From NCBI GenBank assembly GCA_950097015.1, contig CATNEN010000038.1, positions 25,482,001-25,546,000 of the forward strand: a stretch of DNA of 64,000 bases, read 5' to 3'. This DNA comes from Macrostomum hystrix (lineage: Eukaryota; Animalia; Platyhelminthes). The notes under the pieces are model-generated. The model was not told the origin of the DNA, did not search any database, and saw nothing but the letters and a program-made list of their open reading frames with translations. Below, one piece after another: positions 38,317-49,500 of the stretch. The translations under genes were made by a program, and so were the position numbers. Each line of letters begins with the position of its first letter. Within the stretch, counting starts at the first letter, position 1.

Positions 38317-41300
38317 TTAGGTTTTAGGGCTCTTTGCAGCATGATTCTGCTCCGCATAAGTCTGATTCAGACTCTTCCGTGCCATGGTCCACATCGCTTC
38401 TCCGGAATCGGCGCTGCTAGGTTGAAAAGCCAGTTGTAGAACCTCTACAATTTGGGAAGCAAAATTATACTAAATTTATCTGTTATACTCTTTAGAGAAG
38501 AGAAAATAGGAGAGATGCATGGGGTGCATGACACATGGCAAAGAAAAACAGCATTGATAAATGTTGCATCCCTGACCATCAAGGTGAGCAAGTGACCAAG
38601 CATCCCTACTCCAGTCAACCAAGCTGTAAGTTGATATCCACTTTAAGGAAGATAAAGTAAACTTCATGGCCCACTGACTACAGAGCAGTGGAGTGCATAG
38701 TTACTCTACCAAGTGATTGCATTGACAGCACAATTTTGCTATTCACCTGAAAATATATTTCTTGGCATACTTGAATTGGAAATAATTGGATTGTATTCCT
38801 TACTGCTAGTCTTAGTGGTTTACAATGTCATGTATGTCTTTAAATTTATGTTCCATATTAAGTTGCTAATAAAACTGTAGTTTAATATTCAGAAATTTTA
38901 TTCTGTTCCTCAAACCAACATTACCAAAAAGTACAGAATTAGCATATGGATATTACTGGTCATGCCACACTTCCACCCTTATTCCAAGGCTTATTACTTT
39001 ACATACCTGATACAATACATTTATGCTGTCTAACAAGAAATTACTACACAGTCAAGCAAAATGTAATATCTTTCACAATAGATAACAGGCATTAGTGCTA
39101 TATTTCATAAAACAATCAGCAATTAAGCAACCAAAGGTTAACTCACTCTTTAGTTCATCCACTACCTCTTGTGAGGCAGCTATCCGGGTGGTCTTCTTTC
39201 CTGGTTCAACAACATGTGTCATCAAATAGGCCAGACCATACCGCTTGAGAGCAAACTGGCGGATGAATGTAGATGGATTGGTTCTCTTCAGAGACCCCAG
39301 GCCAAACTTGACACCATCAACATCAGTGAACTCCTGGAATGTGTGCAGAAAAATATAATGCTCCGCATGCTTCTATGCCACTTAAAATGAAGACTACCAA
39401 ATATAATAATCCATTAATTTGCACATAATAACACACCTATATCCAAAAGAGAATTTCTAACTGGTAGCTATAAGCTAAGGACTATGTTGCAAAAGTTTGA
39501 AATAACAATGAAATAACATATACAACCCACCTGACCTGCTGGAAAAAATTCTGTAAAGCAAAAAATGCTTCTGCTGCAAGTACTCTGCATGAAGTATGGG
39601 GTGCACCCAAGGGCTATGCATATATAGCTATACAGTCAGTAACCTGACTGTGGAGGAGGCAGTTGCAAGTCAAGCCACATGTAAATTGTAATTTATCCTA
39701 GCTTAAAACTGGTACCATATCATTGTTTGCTTGACTGGGGCTAGAGAACAGCTGGTTTAAGCTATCAAAGGTTGCCTTGAGAGTCAGAAGCAAATTTAGC
39801 CTACAGTAAGTATAACAGCCAATATTGCTTAAATTTGTAGTGATGGTGGATGCAGCTAACCTACTGGACTAGCTGTAGCTACCTTGTCCCATATGGAAAA
39901 ATGTAGAAGCGTTATTTAAATAAGAAAATGAATATATTTGTTGTGAATTTTATGCACATAGATATTTAAGAACTAAATAGCATCATACCTCATTGCTAGG
40001 TTCAGCACGCCGGAAAGTCGATTCCTTTGCATTCCTCTTGAGCTTCCTGAACTCACTATGCATATAGGCTTCTATCTTCACTGAAAATGAAAAAAAGTGG
40101 AAAAAACCTTGCATAACCACATCATGGCTATAAAGTTACATAGATAAAGGACATATGTACTCCACAATCTACATTAAGTAAAGCTCGAAATATTGCAAGT
40201 CAAACAAGTGAGCCATGTGTGCTAATCTGAGGACAGAAGCCTAGAAAATGTGCCTCTCCCATGCTATAGTTATTGTGAAAACTGCACACAGTCAAAGCAA
40301 TCTGCCAACCTGTCCAAGTCAAGTTTTTACACAGAGTAAAATTATTTTGAAATTATTAAGCCACTAAAATTATTTACCCAGTTTGGCATAGATTTGGACA
40401 TTAGAAATCTCTTCCCCATCGAGTGCATCAGTACCAATAGCAGCAGCTTCAGCAGCAGAATGACCAGGTGTGGCAGTCATGAACCTATTCATCACTGCAA
40501 ACTCTTGCTCAATCCGAATTCCAGCACGGTCACCAGCTACATGGTTCTCAATACCAGTGAGGGCACCAGAACTTCTAGGACAAGCAGTAGCATCACCATG
40601 ACAATTGGTGGCCTCATGGCGTGGGCGCTTTTGCAATGAAGCTCTGGCATCATTGGCATCAGCATGCTCAGAGTCATCAGAGGAATCACTGGAAGATATT
40701 GGTGAATGCTGGCCTAAAATAGTAAGTATATGAATTGCCTGTCAACTATTGTAATAAGATGATACACAGTGTTCCAAAATGTATTTATATAGCAGCACTG
40801 ACATACCCCTGACAAACTCTTGCAGAATGGCATCTGTTAAATTGCCTGCAGTTTTATGCTCAGAAATAAATGCTGCCATCTTCTTCTCCAGCATGTTGAC
40901 AGATGCTTGTGTGCCAGCATGAAGCAGGCAACCTTGCCAGATTCCTTCTTGACCAAAATCTAGTGGGTAGAAGCCACCCTAAACAGGAATGTAAAGAAAA
41001 AAATTAAATAAGAGATGAATGCAATCTACAAGTCAAAGAAAAGAATTCATAGCTTTTCTGAACAAGTCAAACAAATATGATTAGGGGTTTAATAGACAAT
41101 AAACATTCTAAAAGAAGAACATAGAAAAAGGAAAGATACATATGTTTATCTTAGTGTTTTGCTGCTACAAATCCTTTGGACCATAACCATAACGATAATA
41201 GTATCCATAATCAACTTTGCTATAATGAGTTTCCATAACTGTAATTGACATAAAATACAATTTTCTGCAACTTCGCATAGCCAAAACCATAACCATATTT

Positions 41301-42769
41301 TGCTTCCTTTAGCTATATATTATTTCAACAAGGAAAAGATAAACTAAGAGATGAAAAGATAAACTAAGAGATGAAAATCCTACACTTCTTAGATTCTATA
41401 AGACAATGGATATACTCTTCTAAATTAGTCATATTACACTTAAGAGTACAATTACAACATAGAAGAATATAACCATTTTAATCTATTTAAACTTATATTT
41501 AACTAACTTAAAGACCTTAACTAACTATATTTAACTATGATTTGAAAATCATGTCATAACCATAACCACAATCAATTTATTTTTCAATAATGATGTTCCT
41601 ATAACCATCATTACTCTTTTTACTTTTTAGGATGTTCTTATTATAATCTATAACAGTAGCCATAACTATACTATAGCAAAATACTAGTTTATCTATAAAA
41701 GACACTATCTATCAAAACCTATATGCACTGCAATAGGGTTAGTTGGTATCACTTTAAAAGGCAGTCTTTTTCATTTGAATATATAAATACTCTTAGTTCT
41801 AACTCTTTTTGGTTTATCATATTTATGCTTACTCAAGTATTTATTATCACTTTCTTATTTCTAAAGTAAAAGCTCACTTACAAGACCTTACCATAATTAA
41901 TATAAAATAATTTTAATGTTCTTTTTTTATATAAAGTCTAAATGCAAAGGTTATTTTTGGTTTGTAAAAATAGTTACAAGTTGCATATATTCTATAGGGA
42001 CCCTAGATATTGACCCTATATTTCTATAGGATATAATGGTAAAGACAATTTCTCTAGGGAATTAGCATTTAGGGTATCATATCTTGTATACCTAAATCTT
42101 AACCTATAATAAAGCTATGCTCTTGCCTTCCTAACTCTAATAACAATTATTATTATTATCTATGACAAAAGTACAAGTATAATTAATATATCCCCAATTT
42201 GAATACCTAAACTTTACATTTGCCCTAAACTACCTAATAACCTAACTATCTTCCATATTATATACCTAAACCAAAATCCTTGTCTTATATATGTAATAGC
42301 CTAACTTGCCGAACTTAACAGTAATCCTAAATTAAATAATTTAAATTTTATAATATTTTTTTTAGTCATAACATAAGCAATAATTACTAAAAATCCAAGT
42401 CAACAAAAACAATATCATATAGGGAAATACAACATATGACATACATATAAAGATTCATGGCCCCCACTAATACATGATCTTTGAAAGATGCCCCAATTTA
42501 AAAATTATAGGCCTTACATAGGCCTAGTAAAGTATGGCCAAGGTGCACAATTGACTTACCACTTTCCAGTTCCTATTGTCTGGAAAAGAAGAATTAAACT
42601 CTTTCATTATTGGGCTTGACCTACTGGCAGTCACATATTGCCCACTTTCCTTAACATAAAAAAAAAACTTAATTGAAAGAGATTTTGGGTCCTGTTGTGC
42701 CAACCGATCCACAGCTTTCGACCTTCTTTTGGAGCGACGCGAAATAGAACCAGTTGCATTATTCGACAT
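38317..42769 (-). CDS. Transposon accessory protein, 374 aa, 6 exons (42769-42560, 40978-40807, 40713-40378, 40080-39989, 39333-39147, 38444-38317), BEN-domain-like C-terminus
   Basis: All five introns are GT-AG with matching phases (0,1,1,0,1) and no internal stops over 1125 nt. C-terminus: NPSTFIRQFALKRYGLAYLMTHVVEPGKKTTRIAASQEVVDELKKVLQLAFQPSSADSGEAMWTMARKSLNQ. Confidence 0.8.
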
Positions 42770-43734
42770 GTCTATATATAAATTACAAGTAAAGAGCAGG
42801 CCGTATAATATATAATAGAATAATAGAACTAGCAAAATGATATGAACTGATATGAATGATATGAACTGATATGAATGATATGAAATGATATAAACTAGCA
42901 AACTATGATATGAATAAATATGTCCAGCGCAAGAGTAAGAATATTTCAATATGTGCCAAAAATGGTAACTTTAACAAAATATTTGTGTACATAGAAGATA
43001 TGACTCAAAAATTCCAGAACTAATTTGTGTCTGTCTCTTGTTTTAGTATACTGTCGGATAGCTTAGCAAAAGTACTATTTGCGCGCCACTCTATAACAGC
43101 TAGTTATTGTCATTTCAATACTCGCTATTTGCTATCTGCATGGCTATAGTTCACGTGCACCCATGTCACCCCACTGTGCTTACTTTCTCTCACTGATGCA
43201 AGGCGCTGTAGCACCCACCCCTAATCTCCTAACAATGCTGAGTCAGCCATTGAGTCGTACTAGTACAATAAATATGACTGCGCGGACGCTAATGAATGCG
43301 TGCTTGTTTTCTACTCCAACTTACTCGTCTCAGAACTCATAATTTCACATATACCTATAATTTTGTGTATCGATATAGTGACTTTTTTTCTGCTCGTGTG
43401 TGATGCGTAATAGAGCGCAATGCATAAAAGTCATACTTTTCATACATTGTAGAATTCTCATATAAGTCAGATAAGTCAGATAATAATCGAACATATCTTC
43501 GGTCAATTTACCAAAAATATATTTCTTTCTATATAAAATTGTAGTGCGAATTACATATATTGCAGTTTAAAGGCAAACACATATGCATGCCCACGACACC
43601 CGTCACACTTAAAATGCATCCCTATAGTTGACAATCTTACATTCAGCCTTGTAAGATCTGACTTATCCTATAAAATCTTGTCCGAACTGCTAAGATCTAT
43701 TAGGAATATGTAGGAAAATAAATTCTTGATTTAT

Positions 43735-44418
43735 AAATAATGCATTGTTTTGAATAGTGAAACTTTGCGCGCTTCCAATGCAAAATAATGCATTCTTAAT
43801 GCAATTATAATGCATTGTTTTAAACTGCAATTTTAGGATAAAATAATGCATTCTTAATATATTTGCAATGCATTGTTTTGCAGTACATTTCACAAGGCAA
43901 AATAATGCATTCTTGATACATTTATAATGCATTGTTCTGCAGTGCATTTCGGAAGGCAAAATAATGCATTCTTGATACATTTATAATGCATTGTTTTAAA
44001 CTGCAATTTTAGGATAAAATAATGCATTCTCAATATATTTGCAATGCATTGTTTTGCAGTGCATTTCACAAGGCAAAATAATGCATTCTTGATACATTTA
44101 TAATGCATTGTTTTGAAGTGCATTTTTAGGATAAAATAATGCATTCTCAATATATTTGCAATGCATTGTTCTGCAGTGCATTTCAGAAGGCAAAATAATG
44201 CATTCTTGATACATTTATAATGCATTGTTTTGAAGTGCATTTTCAGGATAAAATAATGCATTCTCAATATATTGACAATGCATTACTTAAAAGTGCAGTT
44301 TTAAGGCGAAATAATGCATCTTCAATACATTTATAATACATTGGTTTGCATTATTTTGCCAATGCACAAAAATGCATTTGTAATGCATTTCCAATGCAAT
44401 ATAATGCATCTTGCATTG
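43735..44418 (+). repeat. Right subterminal array, ~60-bp units (~120-bp dimers) rich in AATAATGCATT/ATGCATTGTT
   Basis: Alternating ...ggataaaataatgcattct and ...aggcaaaataatgcattct units adjacent to the right TIR. Confidence 0.88.
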
Positions 44419-44634
44419 TAAATGCATTATTTGAAATTATTGGCGCCTAGGGCATTCTACACTGAGTATACATGCCACGCAATTTTGCCCATTTTACACT
44501 CACGACTAATGCGCATATAATACATTGAGTATGATCGCTGACATCAGGGAAGAATCTACACCACAAGACAGTCACAAGCAGCACTGTACTAGTGAAGAAG
44601 CTACAGAAGCCACACCTACAAAAAAACTGGTGTT

Positions 44635-45230
44635 GAGACAGGGGAGAGATGAGACGGGGAGAGATAAAACACAAGACAGACACGGTATAGATGAGACACG
44701 GTGGAGATGAGACACGGTGTAGATGAGACACGGTAGAGATGAGACACGGTGGAGATGAGACAAGGTGGAGATGAGACACGGTGGAGATGAGACACGGTGG
44801 AGATGAGACACGGTGGAGATGAGACACGGTAGAGATGAGACACGGTGGAGATGGGACACGGTGGAGATGAGACACGGTGGAGATGAGACACGGTGGAGAT
44901 GAGATACGGTAGAGATGAGACACGGTGGAGATGAGACAAGGTCGAGATGAGACATGGTGGAGATGAGACACGGTGGAGATGAGACACGGTGGAGATGAGA
45001 CACGGTGGAGATGAGATACGGTAGAGATGAGACACGGTGGAGATGGGACACGGTGGAGATGGGACACGGTGGAGATGAGACACGGTGGAGATGAGATACG
45101 GTGGAGATGAGACACGGTGGAGATGAGATACGGTAGAGATGAGACACAGTGGAGATGGGACACGGTGGAGATGAGACACGGTGGAGATGAGACTGGGGAG
45201 AGATGAGGCTGGAGAGAGTTGAGACAGGAT
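44635..45230 (+). repeat. 16-bp minisatellite (GTGGAGATGAGACACG)
   Basis: About 33 tandem units. Confidence 0.93.
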
Positions 45231-46594
45231 ATAGATAAGACAGGGATGGAAGTGACGGACTTAGAGGCCAGAGATTAAATTAGTTTCGATTATAGCTCGC
45301 TAATCCATGAGTAAAAGTGTTATTTTTCACATTTTTTAATTAATTTTGACGAGTATGACCACATAAATATTAGTTGGTATGTTTTCTCTCTGAAAATCTA
45401 ATATACACAACTGTGTTCAATTGTAAAAACTATGGAATTTAAACTTGCAGCATTTTCACAATGCGGATTAAACTTTTTTGGCCATGGTACGAGCTGATGA
45501 AACGGCTGAGGTGGTACAAACAGAAAAAATGAGTTTCTTTTGCTTATTTTTTCTTGGAAATTTGTGACGTATAGTACATTTGTTATCGTGTACATAAATG
45601 GCAGAGAATCTTGCTAGACAAAGTACAAAGGTTAAATGTACGTTTTCATGGTTCTTTAAAGTATGACCATTGTGGTACCTTGTTCTTGCCCCACTGTACG
45701 AGCACAGCCATGTACACTAAAATACAGCTGCAGATACAGGGCGGGAAAGTACAGTTTCATAAATCTATTTTTAGATCGATGCTCACTTATGTGCACTGTG
45801 GCCGATTACTTGGAAATTCATAGCAAGCGGCTTATGCTGCGAAACGAAAAGTTGACTATACCCCGCTATAAAAGCCAAAGCAAAACGCGAAGCAATACAG
45901 AAATTATTTTAGCAAGACAGAATACTTTATTTGAGTTGCAATATATCAGAAAGTATCTCCGAGATTGGAGTGCAGCACTTCAGTTCAAAGCTGTCACAAA
46001 ATGGGCGAAAAATATCTATCTGGTAAGACGCCAGCTGTATGCGCTAATTATACATATTAATTAAATTGTTCCTGCAAAAAGTCACTTGTAGTCACTTGTA
46101 TAGGTGGCATAACTTTTATGCTATTGTGTTTCTTTCTTTCTGATGTTACAAATCAGCTCCGTGTTTCTTGAAAGAGTGTCTTTCTACAATAATTTTAAAT
46201 AAATTGTATCGTCTATGGCAGTGATTGTCAGCCAATAGAATTGAACGGGGTCGATAGATGGATTGGCATTCCTAATTTTGTGCTTTATCGATTACTAAGG
46301 AAAATTTCCAAGAAATGCGCGGCGTGCAGATAAGATCTTGCCTGTTTCGGTTTCAAATAGCTGTCTATGGCAGGACAGTCGCGAGATGTACGTATGCAAA
46401 TAAGTTCTACATCAGAACAAGTAGTTTTTTAATAATTAATTTACAGTTACAATACTGTTGTGTAAGCCGATGCTATGACTGAATAAAGAATACTGAATAT
46501 TGAATTATTAAACTATGCGCCTTGTGATATGTATTACTCAACTGGTAAGAATAGTAATGATATTGACTTTTTATGCAACAGTTCCAAGCAACAG

Positions 46595-49500
46595 AAGGGA
46601 AAATTCTGCATGAGAAGTCTGCTTCCAGCTGCTTCTACCAAACCGCCCGCAGAATGTCAAGCCCTGCTAATGTGGGAATCCGAGACGCTGACCGTGCGGC
46701 GTCAAGTGACTGTCACGGAGCGCCTGACTTATCGAGCAGAAGGCACACAGTGCTATCGGATTGTGCCACCCGTTCAAAATGGTGCGGAAGTCGAGCTAAG
46801 CTTATTGGAAGCCGCATATACGCTCATGAGGCTGCGACACAAGGACAAGTTGAGATTGCGGTGCGCTCAAACGCTGGAAGCTTTCAAGTCGAGTCTGATT
46901 GAGGCTTCTGTTTTGCAGGTGATACATATAAATTAGTTTTCACCGTCAGTTACACGCATTTAGGTAGTGCATGTTAGCACATGTTAACAGAGGCTGTAGC
47001 CTTGTGGTTAGAGACTGTCAAACTCACGACGTGAAGGTTGGGGGTTCGATTCCCGATTCCAGTGTCTGACAATTTGTGGTCCTTTAGAGAGACTTAACTT
47101 GGGTGTGGCGTCCCCCCAGTCCATGGACTGAAAGTTGTACGCAGCCTTCAGATGCGCCACACGCAATAGCTGCGGCTGTGCTGTCGGCTGCACATCTGGC
47201 CCAATTAGGGCAGGTGTAATAAATTATTACTATTATTATTATTATGTTAGCGTGTATAATCGTGTATAATCGTATGTATAGTCTGTTTGCCAGACTAGAA
47301 ACACTACATATCCACAGTAAAAAGGTAAATATGTTGTGGTCCCATCTGTGCTCCACTCACTGCTTCGCCATAATATTTGCTTCTGAAGATTTCAAACTAC
47401 TAAAAACTCTGAAATTTTAGCACAACGGCAAATCAAATGATTCGAATTCGGCGAGCGACTCAAACGCAATTAGAGCTGTACAAAATGGCCTGCCTAATGG
47501 TCATCGTCACGAAGGCAGCGGTGACGTAGGAGAGGCGGTCGATGCGGCTGAAAGCTCGGAACCCCAGCTAGACTCGGGTGCAACTGCTGCGGCATTTCAT
47601 CGCCTATTCGGACTGAATATTTGCGTGCATCCGGGCAACGAGAAGTACAAGAACAAGCTAATATTTGGCGACAGCAACAACGGCGCTGCCGTTTTAGACA
47701 TTGGTCATGTTTATGGGCGTATTTTTCTGCCCCTAGGAGACGTCGCATCCCAGGGTGAGAACCGATGGCTATCGAGACTACTCGATTACTCTCGAATAAT
47801 ACGAAAATTATGTGTCAGCTTGAGATAAATTGAATAAATTATATAGTGCCAGTAGTGTGTGTTAGCAGTATACATTAATATATTTCAAATCAAAAATTTG
47901 CTTCTTGTATTAGTGCAATAGCGCGAAATGTTTTTCCTGTAACCAAAAGTATTAATTCGGCCTAAAAACGCAGACTCCGTGGCGGCCGAACTACGCTCAT
48001 CGGAGCTTAACCGCATAGTAGAGAGAATCGGCTGTCAGATTAAAGACGATAAGAAGCGAAAAAGTCGAGAAGCTTCAGCCTCACCGTCTAGCTCTGGAGA
48101 TGCCGCCAGTGCCAAAGTAGCTCCAAATGCTGCTTCACTCGCTGAGACTCGAGCCAGAGATCTAAACCGCATCCTAGATATATTCGAAGGCATTCAGGAA
48201 CTGGACGAATCATGCGAACCATCCGCCCAAGCTGATTCAGTTAATATCGATTTCAAAAACAAACTGGCCAAGGATCCGGTGCGCTATCGGCTATGTACGT
48301 TGAAGGCGGCCCGCGGTTCAGGGTGTGATCGAGTCGCCGAGCCGGTGCAGCGGCAGGAGGATGGCCTGAAACATATTCAGCTGAGCAGCGCAGGCGGCTG
48401 GAAAACTGGAGAGCAGGTGAACCAATTACACAATTTATGCAATATCTCATTGGGAATTTGGTAATATTATTATGCCTTCATTTTCATTGAAAGTGGTAAA
48501 CATTTGTCCAATGACGGATTATTGAAGTACCTGACACCTTAACGTAACAAGGGTTTCGAATTCGTCCCTTGAACATGTAAAGGTGACTGTTTGACTAAGC
48601 CTTAGAAAAATATACAATTCAAATGCTTGTTTACAGTTTCCACATATTTTAAAAAGAAAAAAAATTACTAAATGGATTTACGGCTATGGTGACTATGTTA
48701 TGGGATCAGTATTTTTATATTGTATTAAGTAATAGCGCGTTTGTATCTTGCATCAAGGTCCATGAGCTCGATTCCGCGGCGAGGCCATATTAATTCGGGG
48801 CGCAGCCGCGGAGAAAGAGCTTGGGGGGCGCTTGTCATGCTATTTACGACCATGGGGGACAATCTCAAAGGCACAGTGAGAGTGTAAACTGCCTGACGAT
48901 GATGAGAAAGTTTGCGTACGGTATCTGTGTGCGTGTGTGCTCAGGAGTCAGCCAAATGGGCAGAGCCGCCTCCTCACTGGCTGCAGGTCTAGTGTCACTA
49001 AATGATTTACCATTGCCCACTGCCCTCCTGTATTTACAATTAATAATTATTATTTTAAGTACTAACGCGGATTAAATAATCGCAGGTTCTAGTCGAGATA
49101 ACTGACGGCCAGCCGTCCGAGGGCATATCCAAGGGTCTCGTATTGGGCTATTACAAACGCAAGCAGCGTTACAATTTTTTGAGTCGAGAGCAGCTCAAAC
49201 AGTGCCTAGCCGAGCAGCCAGACAAGTTCAAACTATGCTGCCTGGAGCTGAACGGCGGCCAAGGTGGCTGGGGCGTCCCGGTGAACTCCAAAGAGGCGAT
49301 TCCTCGAATTTTGTTGAACGGACGCGAGAACTGCGGCAGAGCTTGCGCCAACGACCAGGTAGTGGTGGAGATTCTTGGCCGCGATAATATCACACAAGAG
49401 TACAAGGGACGCGTTGTGGGCGTTTATCAGCAGGTGAGACAAAATGGTCCTACAAAAAAGTATATGTATGTAGCACTCATATGCATAAAAAATCGCCCTT

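Larger units (their letters stand above)
33506..44452 (-). mobile_element. Full-length CMC/EnSpm (CACTA-superfamily) DNA transposon, 10,947 bp
   Basis: 34-bp TIR CCCTAGGCGCCAATAAT(GCA/TTC)AAATAATGCATTTA at 33506-33539 and 44419-44452. Flanked by CA on both sides (2-bp TSD), termini fit CMCWR, and it has subterminal repeats, an EnSpm-type transposase and a second spliced gene. Confidence 0.93.

Noticed and set aside
46990-47065. Functional tRNA gene
   Set aside because: No convincing cloverleaf acceptor stem, and it continues into a SINE body with a (TTA)n tail.
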